Source: an uncultured virus (IMG/VR IMGVR_UViG_2751185397_000002) | Lineage: Duplodnaviria > Heunggongvirae > Uroviricota > Caudoviricetes | Length of the DNA: 64,000 nucleotides | Virus record (IMG/VR): IMGVR_UViG_2751185397_000002 | Direction: 5' to 3' (one strand) | Shown: piece by piece, positions 26,124 to 35,540 of the stretch | Layout of the letters: each line of letters opens with the position of its first letter | How positions within the stretch are numbered: the stretch's first letter is position 1 | The notes under the pieces: generated by a model | Told to the model about the DNA's origin: nothing | Seen by the model: only the letters and a program-made list of their open reading frames with translations | The model's database searches: none | Program-made: the position numbers and the translations under genes

Positions 26124-27167
26124 ATGAGCACTGAATTTGACATCAATAACGTTTCTGATGATCCGGAAGAATGGATGAAGGCTTTTAATCAACTGGAAGC
26201 AGGGGAAGCATTGCCGCCCGATGCCGACAAAGAACAAAAGCAAGAAACCAAAACCGAGGAAACACAGGAAAGCAAATCTGATGCTAATGACAGCGTAAAG
26301 CAGGACAACGATAAGAAGCCAGACAATGATCAGGTTGGAGAGCAGAACAATGAGCCGGATGGCGTAGCCACGAAAGATGGCAAGCATGTCATTCCGTACT
26401 CAGTGCTGAAGAGTGAACGCGACAAAGCTGCGCGAGCCGAGCAATTGCTCAAGGAAACGCAGCAAAAATTAGCGGACTTAGAAGCAAAACAGCAAGCCAA
26501 CGCATCAGGGACGAACACCGGCGAGAACGTCCGCGCCGACGATCAGAATCAGGCAACCGAGGATTTATCAGCCGAAGATTTGGAAGCTTTGAAGGAGGAT
26601 TTTCCGACTGTCTACAAAGCATACCAAGCCGCGATGGCCAAAACCGCGCAGCTTGAAGCCAAATTGAACCCGGTAGAGCAATCAGTAAAGGAAATGGAGG
26701 AGGTAAGCCAGCGAACAACCAAGCAGGATGTTCAGGACGCTATCGACGCCGTTCCCAAGATTGCCCACATTCAGGCAACCGACGCAGAAGCATTTGAGTT
26801 AGCGCAGCAGTTTGACAAAACCTTGAGAAATCAGCCGTTTTGGGAAGATAAACCGCTGACAGAACGCTTCAACAAAGTAGCTGAAATGGTTGAAAACGCA
26901 CTCGGTAGAACTATCGAAGTACCCGGCAGCAATAAAACCAACTCTATGAGCGCTGAACAAATGGCGAAAGCCGCACGGGATAAGGCTGCAAGCATGGCCG
27001 CAGCAAGCAAATCCAACGTGCCAACTTCCCTATCCGAATTCCCAGCCGGAACACATGCGGCAGCGGATGAAAGATCAGCGCTAGAAAACATGACGACACT
27101 GCAACTCGCTGAAAAGTTTGCAGGAATGTCGGCAGAGCAAATGGATGAATACCTTCAATCATTGTAA
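26124..27167 (+). CDS. Capsid scaffolding protein
   Basis: Acidic coiled coil, IPYSVLKSER; between portal and capsid. Confidence 0.8.
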   Translation: MSTEFDINNVSDDPEEWMKAFNQLEAGEALPPDADKEQKQETKTEETQESKSDANDSVKQDNDKKPDNDQVGEQNNEPDGVATKDGKHVIPYSVLKSERDKAARAEQLLKETQQKLADLEAKQQANASGTNTGENVRADDQNQATEDLSAEDLEALKEDFPTVYKAYQAAMAKTAQLEAKLNPVEQSVKEMEEVSQRTTKQDVQDAIDAVPKIAHIQATDAEAFELAQQFDKTLRNQPFWEDKPLTERFNKVAEMVENALGRTIEVPGSNKTNSMSAEQMAKAARDKAASMAAASKSNVPTSLSEFPAGTHAAADERSALENMTTLQLAEKFAGMSAEQMDEYLQSL

Positions 27168-27188
27168 AAAATCATAGAGGATTAAAAA

Positions 27189-28469
27189 ATGCCAACTTCT
27201 ATCCCTGTGGGTTCTGCACTAGCGCGAAAAGCTTACTCTGTTGGGCTTTTCACCCGTGTACAGCACACCCCTGGTTTCATGAATCTAATTAGCGGTGAAA
27301 TGCCCAAAGAAGGATCATTCGCATCCAAATCGAAAGGCCAAACTTCACCGGATTATCCGATTGTTAAAGCGGGTGATCTGTCCAAAGGCGCTGGCGATAC
27401 GGTATCGATCGATCTGTTCAATATCCTGCAAGGCAAGCCAGTCATGGGCGATAAACGTATCGCCGGGCGTATGATGCCGCTGACCTATTCGAGCATGGAT
27501 GTCTTGATCAACCAATGCCGTGCTGGTGCTGATTCCGGTGGCCGCATGACACAAAAGCGCACGGTTCATAACTTGCGAAACATCAGTATGATGGGTCTGC
27601 AGGCGTGGATGCAGCGCATGGAAGATCAGGCGTCGCTCGTGCATTTGGCCGGTGCCCGTGGTTATCAGCAAACTAGCGATTGGGTAATACCATTGCAAGC
27701 CGATGCTGATTTCGCGGAAATTATGGTCAATACGGTAAAAGCACCTACTAAAAACCGTTATTTCGCTGCTAATGACGCCACCGGACCGGACACCATCGGT
27801 TCCAACGATGCATTAACGTTACAAGACGTTGACCGGATTGTTTCCCAGCTGCGTGAATCTCCATCCGTTCTTCAGCCTATCAAGATCAAAGGCGATGATC
27901 GCGCATGGAATGAACCGCTTTGGGTCATGTTCGTTACCGAACGGCAATGGTTGTATCTGCAAAGCAGAACCAGCCAAACCACATGGCGCACTGCATTGCA
28001 GAATGCCTATGAGCGCAAATCGCCGGGCGTGAAACATCCATTGTTCGATGCATACGAAACGATCATGTGGAACGGTGTGCTGATCAAACGATTGAATCGG
28101 TATGCGATCCGATTTACTGCCGGTTCAAACGTAATCGTCGATACCGGCGGTACTGACGGAAACACCTACACGGAAAGCACCGTAGCTGTTTCTTCAACTA
28201 CCGATAACGACGTTGATCGCGCCATTATCGTAGGTGCGCAAGCGCTGGCGAAAGCATACGGCAAATCTAATTCCGATTATTTCTACGATTGGTCGGAAGA
28301 GTCCGTGGATCATGGCAACAGCGTCGAGACAGTGGCCGCATCAATGGGCGGTTGCGCAAAAATCCGATTCAGAATCGACGATGCTGATACGGATTTCGGT
28401 GTTGCGGTAGTCGACAGTTACGCGCCTAGCCCTGCATCTTCTGCCGGTAGAACGCTGTTAGGATCGTAA
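27189..28469 (+). CDS. Major capsid protein (N4 gp56-like)
   Basis: DLSKGAGDTVSIDL, GGRMTQKRTVHNLR, IIVGAQALAKAYG. Confidence 0.9.
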   Translation: MPTSIPVGSALARKAYSVGLFTRVQHTPGFMNLISGEMPKEGSFASKSKGQTSPDYPIVKAGDLSKGAGDTVSIDLFNILQGKPVMGDKRIAGRMMPLTYSSMDVLINQCRAGADSGGRMTQKRTVHNLRNISMMGLQAWMQRMEDQASLVHLAGARGYQQTSDWVIPLQADADFAEIMVNTVKAPTKNRYFAANDATGPDTIGSNDALTLQDVDRIVSQLRESPSVLQPIKIKGDDRAWNEPLWVMFVTERQWLYLQSRTSQTTWRTALQNAYERKSPGVKHPLFDAYETIMWNGVLIKRLNRYAIRFTAGSNVIVDTGGTDGNTYTESTVAVSSTTDNDVDRAIIVGAQALAKAYGKSNSDYFYDWSEESVDHGNSVETVAASMGGCAKIRFRIDDADTDFGVAVVDSYAPSPASSAGRTLLGS

Positions 28470-28534
28470 TCAAACCAATAATGGCTGATGGGGTTTAATC
28501 GCCCCATCATCATTAACTTACAAGGAATACTGAA

Positions 28535-28939
28535 ATGGCAATTATAAACGCATCAACCTTGCAAGATATTGCATATTCCGGTGATTGCCCTCTGGCGGCG
28601 CAACACGGCAAAACAACGCTGGCGGCGGCACAGATCAATGACAAAGTGCGGCTAAGTAAACTCTACGCCGGTACGAAAGTTTTTGATGCTAAGCTGATTA
28701 CCGGAGCGCTTGGATCGGGCGCTACCGTTGATCTTGGTTTTGAGTACGTCAACGGAGAAGCTGGGGGAAGCGCAACTCAGTGGTTAACCGCAGCTGCGGC
28801 AACGTCTGCTGGCGCGAATCGTTCCGCTTCCGCGCCGGTTACACTGCTATACGACGCATACATCATCGCAACCATCAAGGGTGCGGCTGCAACCGGTCAA
28901 ATCGACAGTGTTATTACCTTTGAATTCAGAGGAAAGTAA
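28535..28939 (+). CDS. Probable capsid decoration protein
   Basis: Small beta-rich protein after the capsid gene. Confidence 0.6.
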   Translation: MAIINASTLQDIAYSGDCPLAAQHGKTTLAAAQINDKVRLSKLYAGTKVFDAKLITGALGSGATVDLGFEYVNGEAGGSATQWLTAAAATSAGANRSASAPVTLLYDAYIIATIKGAAATGQIDSVITFEFRGK

Positions 28940-28959
28940 TCTGTTGCGTGCTTGAACGA

Positions 28960-28987
28960 AAGGGCGATCTTTATGGTCGCCTTTTTT
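28960..28987 (+). terminator. Intrinsic terminator
   Basis: AGGGCGATC-TTTAT-GGTCGCCTT plus T run. Confidence 0.65.
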
Positions 28988-29009
28988 CTAACCAAAGAGG
29001 AAAAAGACA

Positions 29010-29429
29010 ATGGCTAAAATGGTGAAAATAATTTATGTAGGAAAGAAACCCAGCGCATTCGATAACGTTGCACGCTCTGGCAAAACCTGGGCAGGGAATG
29101 GCGATATTCAGGAAGTGACGAAGGAACAGGCCGCAATACTTCTGAAGTATCCTGATCAATGGGCGAAGATGGAAGAGCCACCTGAGCAACAGGATGAAAA
29201 CGGCGGCTACAATGATGGTGGAGATGGTAATGACAACGGTAATGATGACGATGGCAATCAGGATGACGGTCAATCAAACACCGTTGACACATCGATTCCA
29301 CTTGAGAAAATGACCAAGGATGAATTGATCGTACTAGCAAAAGCAAAGTACGGTAAAGACTTGCCGGAAACCATGACCAAGAAGCAGCTGATCGATGAAC
29401 TGGAAGCGCTAAAAGCCGATCTCGGTTAA
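29010..29429 (+). CDS. Hypothetical protein with C-terminal HeH/Rho-N-like motif
   Basis: LEKMTKDELIVLAK...MTKKQLIDEL. Confidence 0.65.
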   Translation: MAKMVKIIYVGKKPSAFDNVARSGKTWAGNGDIQEVTKEQAAILLKYPDQWAKMEEPPEQQDENGGYNDGGDGNDNGNDDDGNQDDGQSNTVDTSIPLEKMTKDELIVLAKAKYGKDLPETMTKKQLIDELEALKADLG

Positions 29430-29855
29430 TTACCTGCCATATACCCGCAGCCCGTAACCAAATTGATTGTTCGGGCTATCGGGATCAAATCTATTCCCCG
29501 CACCAAATTCATTATGGACCGATTCAGGACTGAACTGACTGCCAAAACGGCCAAATTGGTTCGATATGGATTCAGGATCGTATTGATTGGAACTTAGTTG
29601 TCCCCGGTAATTTCCTTGACTGTCATACAGCCGCGGCGCATCGGTTGCATTGGGATTGTTTGTCGATTGGTTGCTGTACCTGCTACCGTATTCCCCGAAC
29701 TGATTTAACACGCTGCGCGGGTCAAATTGACTGCCTGCACCGTACTGATTCGCTATCGCGGCAGGTAAAAATTGATTCACGCTATATTGACCGAGGTATT
29801 CATCGGCATGCGACAAACTGGGGAAAAGAATCAGTAGTATCAGCAAGAATTTCAT
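29430..29855 (-). CDS. Secreted moron protein with internal repeats
   Basis: Signal peptide; repeated N(Q/E)(F/Y)G.G..F.P.S; antisense to late operon. Confidence 0.75.
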   Translation of the reverse strand: MKFLLILLILFPSLSHADEYLGQYSVNQFLPAAIANQYGAGSQFDPRSVLNQFGEYGSRYSNQSTNNPNATDAPRLYDSQGNYRGQLSSNQYDPESISNQFGRFGSQFSPESVHNEFGAGNRFDPDSPNNQFGYGLRVYGR

Positions 29856-29913
29856 TTTTTTACCTCATCGCTCAAAGCAAGTATCAACAGATCATATTCA
29901 TATTGACCCGGTA

Positions 29914-29943
29914 AAGGTCGAATTGTTGCAGCGATACCATAAT
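29914..29943 (+). promoter_or_regulatory. Late-promoter motif
   Basis: AAGGTCGAAT-N14-CATAAT. Confidence 0.65.
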
Positions 29944-29974
29944 CAATCGCATTAATTTATCTGGGAAATCGATT

Positions 29975-30268
29975 ATGGACGCTTTGGATATTGTTGATCA
30001 TGATCCTGGTACTTTGTCTATCTCAAGCTCTGCAGCGCAATCTCCTGCGCTTGAAATGGGCGTTTATCAAATTAGCGTCGATTGTGACTGCAGGATAAGA
30101 ATCGGTGCAGTTGATCCACAAACAGGATTAAACACAACAAAGGGCATTTTTTTCAAAAAAGGCCGCTCGGATTTATTTTCCGTAGGACATCAATACAAGA
30201 TAGCAGTAATTGCGGCAGCAGGTGCAACTACTGGAACTCTTGAATACCACTGGGTTGGGAGAAGATAG
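29975..30268 (+). CDS. Hypothetical virion protein
   Basis: Beta-rich ORF after promoter motif. Confidence 0.6.
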   Translation: MDALDIVDHDPGTLSISSSAAQSPALEMGVYQISVDCDCRIRIGAVDPQTGLNTTKGIFFKKGRSDLFSVGHQYKIAVIAAAGATTGTLEYHWVGRR

Positions 30269-30270
30269 AA

Positions 30271-31230
30271 ATGGTCGGATCATTCCAGTACGTTGACGTT
30301 GACGAAGAGACAAAAGAACTCGGTATCCCTCGCTGGTATTATATTTTGGGTGTTCCTGTCGGCTTAATAGACCCAGCTACCGGGCAGCCAGCGGCTTCGG
30401 TGGCAGAATATCTGTGGAGTGACTTTCTTAGTCTCGATGCTGCCAATTTTGGCGGCAAGTTTATCCGCATTATCGATAAACACTCATCTCTTAATCTTGC
30501 TGGTGGTGTGCTATTCGTCGGAGATTCAACCGTTGTTCCTGCTAAATTTCAGCAGGTAAGCGGCGGACATATTGTTTTCAGCGGTTTTAGTGGTTTCCCT
30601 GCTGCGAATGCGGCCAGGAAAGGATGGCGCTGCTGGGACCCAACTGTAGGCATCGACGGCCAGGGGTTTTATTGTGACGGCATAAGATGGCGCCCGGACA
30701 ATAATTGGATGTTCGCTGAAAAAGTATATTCAGGCTGGACTAAAACAGGCACTGCAGAAGAATTCCCGTTGCAAACGATCATACCGGTGAACAACGGTAA
30801 ATCATTATTGCAGCCTGGGGATCATCTCATACTAATGCCGTCACTTGGGAAAGCCGGGAGCGTGAATGCAGCAACTATACGGTACCGCTGCGGCGTAAAT
30901 GGAAATTCTGGGGATACTGCCGTCTATGACAGCGGGGCAACTACCGGCGGCAGTGGTGGATTCTGTTTTGCGGAACGCGTAATGTTCCAGCGTTTGTCGG
31001 ATTCCGGAGGTAATTCAAGGCTACTCAGAACAGGATACGTATCAACAAATTCGTATTCCGGGTATGTGTTAGTGACATCTCCAAACCCTGTGCTTGGATC
31101 ACCTATTACATTATCCGGCAGCATGGATTCGGCGCCATTTTATTTCGGGTTCTCGGTGGCTTGCAATGGCAATACCGACACGATCACCCTAAATTCAGGG
31201 CAAATAGAAATATTTACCGGAGGCGCTTAG
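30271..31230 (+). CDS. Hypothetical virion fibre/spike protein
   Basis: Gly/aromatic beta-rich; FYCDGIRWRP motif. Confidence 0.6.
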   Translation: MVGSFQYVDVDEETKELGIPRWYYILGVPVGLIDPATGQPAASVAEYLWSDFLSLDAANFGGKFIRIIDKHSSLNLAGGVLFVGDSTVVPAKFQQVSGGHIVFSGFSGFPAANAARKGWRCWDPTVGIDGQGFYCDGIRWRPDNNWMFAEKVYSGWTKTGTAEEFPLQTIIPVNNGKSLLQPGDHLILMPSLGKAGSVNAATIRYRCGVNGNSGDTAVYDSGATTGGSGGFCFAERVMFQRLSDSGGNSRLLRTGYVSTNSYSGYVLVTSPNPVLGSPITLSGSMDSAPFYFGFSVACNGNTDTITLNSGQIEIFTGGA

Positions 31231-31236
31231 GACATC

Positions 31237-32328
31237 ATGGCTGACGGATTTAGCGTGCTCTCAAATTATCAGGTAAATAGCGCCCCTGCAAAACTGCTTT
31301 TAGACCTGGGCGATCTTGGCAACGGAGTAGACTTTGCGCCAGTCTCGCATACCGCTGGTAGCTTGAAGGATTTTGAATCTCATATTACTGGCACGGGTAG
31401 CATTGGTGGCGTGGCATTCCCTTCTGCCATTGCCGACAATTTTGGCCCGCACGCAGAATTGTTTTCGCAAATTCTGACATCGCAAAATCTATATTTAGAT
31501 AGCGAGGGCGGCACACCTAAACTAAGTTCATATAGTTACAACACTATCGCAGAAATATCAGGTGGTACTGCCGACGCCGACAATCTACTAATAGAGTTTG
31601 CGGAAAAAGGGATATCGCCGTACGCGCTGACGATCCATATTGATAATGACGGCGGGACATCTGCAAATGGCAGACCGCAATCGCCGCTGATCATGGTCAA
31701 CGGACGAGGATACTACGCATCGCAAGTGCAGGATATTCCCAGGTTTTATTACGTCGGCTACATAAAGCTAGATGCTGACTTGGGAGCAAAACTCGCTTAT
31801 CCGAGTAACAATTGGATGAACCCGGCGATAGAGTTTAAAACAAACGGTGCGTACGATTCTGCAAATGGTATTTATCAATACGGCTGGGGAGACCTGAGGC
31901 TAATAACCGAATTGTTCAAAGATTCTGGCGGGAATCTATATCTGTCGCTAAAAATGGATAGCAACGCAAACCACCCTACATTACCGTTAATTACATACTG
32001 GCAGGAGTACACAGCGCCGTATCCATCCGCAAGCGCCGTAGCATATTCGCCCCAGATTGGCACATGGCTAAAAATTGAAATCGAACATATCCGCGCGGCT
32101 AATTATGATGATCTGACAAGTGGTCGAACATGGATGGCCGTGACTGATATGGCAACAATGGTACGCACAAAAATAATCGACAAGATCGGTGGACGGCATA
32201 TGGGTGCGCTCAATTTGCCGATTGGCCGGTTTATCGTGCAATCGGTTTATTCCGCATCGTCATTTCAGCGCATCACAACAGCAGCGGGTCATCGAATTTG
32301 GAACAAATGTCCGTTTATTCAGGCGTAA
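31237..32328 (+). CDS. Hypothetical beta-sandwich protein (possibly carbohydrate-binding)
   Basis: 363-aa ORF; GTWLKIEIE-type strands. Confidence 0.55.
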   Translation: MADGFSVLSNYQVNSAPAKLLLDLGDLGNGVDFAPVSHTAGSLKDFESHITGTGSIGGVAFPSAIADNFGPHAELFSQILTSQNLYLDSEGGTPKLSSYSYNTIAEISGGTADADNLLIEFAEKGISPYALTIHIDNDGGTSANGRPQSPLIMVNGRGYYASQVQDIPRFYYVGYIKLDADLGAKLAYPSNNWMNPAIEFKTNGAYDSANGIYQYGWGDLRLITELFKDSGGNLYLSLKMDSNANHPTLPLITYWQEYTAPYPSASAVAYSPQIGTWLKIEIEHIRAANYDDLTSGRTWMAVTDMATMVRTKIIDKIGGRHMGALNLPIGRFIVQSVYSASSFQRITTAAGHRIWNKCPFIQA

Positions 32329-32340
32329 CTATTAAAGGGA

Positions 32341-32865
32341 TTGAAAATGCCAGAACTTTTAATCAAAGAACTGCCAACTATCATCGGAATCGCGGCAATC
32401 CTCGGGCTTATCTGGTTCATCGGTCACGGCATCCACGAAAACGGCCGCAAGGTTGAGCGCGCCATCTGGATGGAAAGAGACAACGAACGGATTACGGCTC
32501 AAGCAAAGGAACTGAGCGAAGCTATGGCGCGTGTTGCCGCTCAAAGCAAGCAGGATATTAATCACACAATGGGGGTAATAAATGAAAAAGACAAAGCGAT
32601 TGCAAAGCTTAAAAGCGATATGCGTGCTCAGCGCGCTTCTTCTGGCGGCATGTGGATCACCGCCCAAGCCTGCGATGATAGTGAAGCCGTGCGCGTGCGA
32701 GGAAAAACCGACGGTTCCGGCGAGTCTGGTGGAAGAGAACAAATACGACTTCCCGCAGATGTTGAGCGATCTCTTGAAGAAATCGCCGAGCTTGCTCAAG
32801 AAACCGTAATTGCTTACAACGCATGTGTGACTGAACTTAAAAATCATGTGACGGTTGTCCCATAA
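32341..32865 (+). CDS. rz: Rz-like inner-membrane spanin
   Basis: N-terminal TM, coiled coil, nested lipoprotein ORF. Confidence 0.8.
   Translation: MKMPELLIKELPTIIGIAAILGLIWFIGHGIHENGRKVERAIWMERDNERITAQAKELSEAMARVAAQSKQDINHTMGVINEKDKAIAKLKSDMRAQRASSGGMWITAQACDDSEAVRVRGKTDGSGESGGREQIRLPADVERSLEEIAELAQETVIAYNACVTELKNHVTVVP
32582..32809 (+). CDS. rz1: Rz1-like outer-membrane spanin lipoprotein
   Basis: Nested in +1 frame; lipobox LAAC then Pro-rich. Confidence 0.75.
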   Translation: MKKTKRLQSLKAICVLSALLLAACGSPPKPAMIVKPCACEEKPTVPASLVEENKYDFPQMLSDLLKKSPSLLKKP

Positions 32866-32868
32866 GCG

Positions 32869-33387
32869 ATGAGAACCGATCTTTATTACAAGGGTGGTTA
32901 TAAGTACCAGCTTCAGCGCCGATACATCATCCAAACAGATATTTGTCCACAGCACGATATTGTCACGCCGTACATTACGCTGCTGATGTCCGGTCTGCTC
33001 ATTATAGAGGCCGGTTATGCCTGGGACGGCCCGAGCGGTCCGACAATCGATACAGCGAGCACGATGGCCGCATCGCTCGTGCACGATGCCGGGTATCAGC
33101 TGATCCGTGAAGGGCATTTGCCGGATTCATTCAAAGATCAGTTTGACCGGTTGCTGAAAGAATTGATTATTGAGGATTCGTACAATTATCAAGGTACTGC
33201 AAAGGGATTAATTCAAGCGATTACGCGATTCCGTGCTGAGTATTTTTATGATGCGGTGCACGATTTTGGATGCAGATTTATTCATGACAGGCGGCCGGTG
33301 ATACACATCAAGACTGGGAGATTGAATCATGAGCGAAAAGAGCAGAAAGAAACAAATCATAGCGGTCACTGCCGCCGTTGTGATTAA
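32869..33387 (+). CDS. DUF1353-like protein
   Basis: GYAWDGPSGP...ASLVHDAGYQ. Confidence 0.7.
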   Translation: MRTDLYYKGGYKYQLQRRYIIQTDICPQHDIVTPYITLLMSGLLIIEAGYAWDGPSGPTIDTASTMAASLVHDAGYQLIREGHLPDSFKDQFDRLLKELIIEDSYNYQGTAKGLIQAITRFRAEYFYDAVHDFGCRFIHDRRPVIHIKTGRLNHERKEQKETNHSGHCRRCD

Positions 33388-33697
33388 TGTATTACTACGG
33401 CAGGAACGTTTACTGAGGAAAATTGCTATGAATCAGCAAGAATTATTGGACAAACTGAACGACGCAAATGCGAAATCAGAGAAGATTGTTAGTGAAATAC
33501 GGATGCTGAAAACGGCAGTGGAAAACGCTGATAACGTTTCTCCACAAATCGCAGAAGCCGCTAATCGTCTGATCGGGAATTTGGATGTTGCTGATGCTGA
33601 GATTCCTGATGAGGCGCCAGCCCCAGCACCGGAACCGGCACCTGCCGCAGAATTTACACCTGCACCTGAGCCAGCACCAGAAACGGCACCCGCCTAG
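33329..33697 (+). CDS. Coiled-coil protein with Pro/Ala/Glu tail
   Basis: Likely start 33428; PAPEPAPA repeats. Confidence 0.55.
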   Translation: MSEKSRKKQIIAVTAAVVINVLLRQERLLRKIAMNQQELLDKLNDANAKSEKIVSEIRMLKTAVENADNVSPQIAEAANRLIGNLDVADAEIPDEAPAPAPEPAPAAEFTPAPEPAPETAPA

Positions 33698-33716
33698 TTT
33701 CCTCTTAAGCCCAAAT

Positions 33717-33743
33717 AAAAGGCCGCTCTTTAGCGGCTTTTTT
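33717..33743 (+). terminator. Intrinsic terminator
   Basis: GGCCGCT-CTTT-AGCGGCT plus T run. Confidence 0.75.
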
Positions 33744-33755
33744 GTTTTCTCGCAA

Positions 33756-33785
33756 AAGGTCGAATTGAAAAGCGGATTCCATAAT
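33756..33785 (+). promoter_or_regulatory. Late-promoter motif before tail operon
   Basis: AAGGTCGAAT-N14-CATAAT. Confidence 0.65.
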
Positions 33786-33793
33786 TTCAAATT

Positions 33794-34435
33794 ATGGCTA
33801 CCACAAAATATTCCGACATTACGAGCGAGGTTCTAGGGCTGCTTGCCGCGTATCCGCCTGACCCAACCGTTGAAAGCGCAACCAAGCACGCGATCATCGA
33901 GTTTTGCGCAAGATCGTGGATTTGGAAGCACCTGCCCGATCCAATCGATATTGATGCAGGCGAAAACGGATACACCATTGATTTGCCGCCAGGGTCCGAA
34001 CTGGCCGTTGTACTTAACGCAGCTTTCGATGGCTATAAATTAAAACCTCAATCGACCGAGTGGCTTGATCAAGAATCGCCGCGCTGGCGCACTGATAGCG
34101 CACAGCCAAAATACTACACACAGATAGACACCGAGCAAATCCTATTGGCACCAGTGCCAGATTCCACCATTGCCGGTGGCTTGGTGCTGACCCTGGCTTT
34201 GAAGCCGAGCATTACTTCCGTGAGTTTCCCCAAATGGATTGCCAGCAAATATCTGTACGACATCGCCAATGGCGCGGCCGCGAATCTGATGCTGATGTCC
34301 GGCAAAGGATGGACCGATCCGCAGAATGGCACATACCGGAAATCGCTGTTTGATGCGGCAATATCTGGCGCCAATGCATCTTCAGCCAAAGCGCTCGGCC
34401 GTGGCGCGATCAGAACCACTGCTTACTTCTCATAG
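33794..34435 (+). CDS. Head-tail adaptor-like protein
   Basis: AIIEFCARSWIW, LAPVPD, LALKPS; position. Confidence 0.65.
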   Translation: MATTKYSDITSEVLGLLAAYPPDPTVESATKHAIIEFCARSWIWKHLPDPIDIDAGENGYTIDLPPGSELAVVLNAAFDGYKLKPQSTEWLDQESPRWRTDSAQPKYYTQIDTEQILLAPVPDSTIAGGLVLTLALKPSITSVSFPKWIASKYLYDIANGAAANLMLMSGKGWTDPQNGTYRKSLFDAAISGANASSAKALGRGAIRTTAYFS

Positions 34436-34449
34436 GTGCGATCAGAGTC

Positions 34450-35118
34450 ATGGCCACCACCATAACAGCACAATCAATCGTAGACAAAGCGCAAATCCCA
34501 TTGCAGGACACCACCGGCGTTCGTTGGCCGGATGCGGAATTGCTCGGCTGGCTGAATGACGGACAGCGCGAAATAGTGGTTTTAAAACCCAATGCATTCG
34601 TGATCAACACGACCATGAAACTTGCGGCCGGCACGAAACAGGGATTGCCATCCAATGCAGCCCAGCTGATCGACATCGTGCGCAACATGGGCGAGAGCGG
34701 TTCTACACCAGGGCGGCCGATCCGCATCACGGATCAAAAGATCATGGACGCGCAAGTGCCGAATTGGCACCAGCAAACCGCCAGTGCGGAAGTAAAACAT
34801 TTCATGTACTCGGTGCTTGATCCTAAGCATTTCTATGTTTATCCGCCGCAGCCTACGGTCAATCAGAACTACGTGGAAATCGTCTATGGCGCGATACCGG
34901 ACGATGCTGTTTTGGCAAGCGTCATCTCGCTTGATGACATCTACCAGAATGCATTGCTCGATTACATCCTGTTCCGCGCATTCAGCAAGGAATCAGAGTT
35001 AGCAGACCAGACCAAGGCCGGATTACATCAACAGAACTACATCGCGTCACTGACCGGAAAAATCAAGTCAGAGATCGGCGCCAGCCCTAACACCCATTTA
35101 TCCACCACCGCGAAATAA
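34450..35118 (+). CDS. Adaptor-like virion protein
   Basis: RWPDAELLGWLNDGQREI, FYVYPP, ALLDYILFRAFSKE. Confidence 0.7.
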   Translation: MATTITAQSIVDKAQIPLQDTTGVRWPDAELLGWLNDGQREIVVLKPNAFVINTTMKLAAGTKQGLPSNAAQLIDIVRNMGESGSTPGRPIRITDQKIMDAQVPNWHQQTASAEVKHFMYSVLDPKHFYVYPPQPTVNQNYVEIVYGAIPDDAVLASVISLDDIYQNALLDYILFRAFSKESELADQTKAGLHQQNYIASLTGKIKSEIGASPNTHLSTTAK

Positions 35119-35130
35119 AGGAGACACGCC

Positions 35131-35529
35131 ATGCCCGGTGCTTTTACAAATTACCTGGAAGAGAAGATAGTCGAGCACTTCCTAAGAAATAACGCCATTA
35201 CTCCGCCTTCAACCGTGTATATAGCGCTCTTCGAGTCTGATCCTGGCGAAGCATCCGGAGGAACTGAAACGGCTTATACCGGATACGCGCGGCAATCAGC
35301 GGCATGGACCGCAATTGATGTGAACGGACAAACCAAGAATTCCGGCGTGGTCACATTCCCGGCTAACGGCAATGCGTCGGCGAGCGTTACAATTACACAT
35401 ATTGTAGTGTACGACGCTGCAACGGCCGGTAATCGTTTGCTATATGCACAGATGAACGCGCCAAAAACATTGGCTCCTGGAGATGTTCTGGCTTTTGCTG
35501 CCAATGCGCTGGTATTCGGGCTTGATTAA
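35131..35529 (+). CDS. Tail-associated protein
   Basis: VYIALFESDP, YTGYARQ, YDAATAGNRL. Confidence 0.7.
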   Translation: MPGAFTNYLEEKIVEHFLRNNAITPPSTVYIALFESDPGEASGGTETAYTGYARQSAAWTAIDVNGQTKNSGVVTFPANGNASASVTITHIVVYDAATAGNRLLYAQMNAPKTLAPGDVLAFAANALVFGLD

Positions 35530-35540
35530 GGCGATCGGCC

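Noticed and set aside
33610..33694. Repeats such as GCACCGGAACCG (also 47051-47085)
   Set aside because: Encode Pro/Ala/Glu or Gln-Pro-Glu linkers
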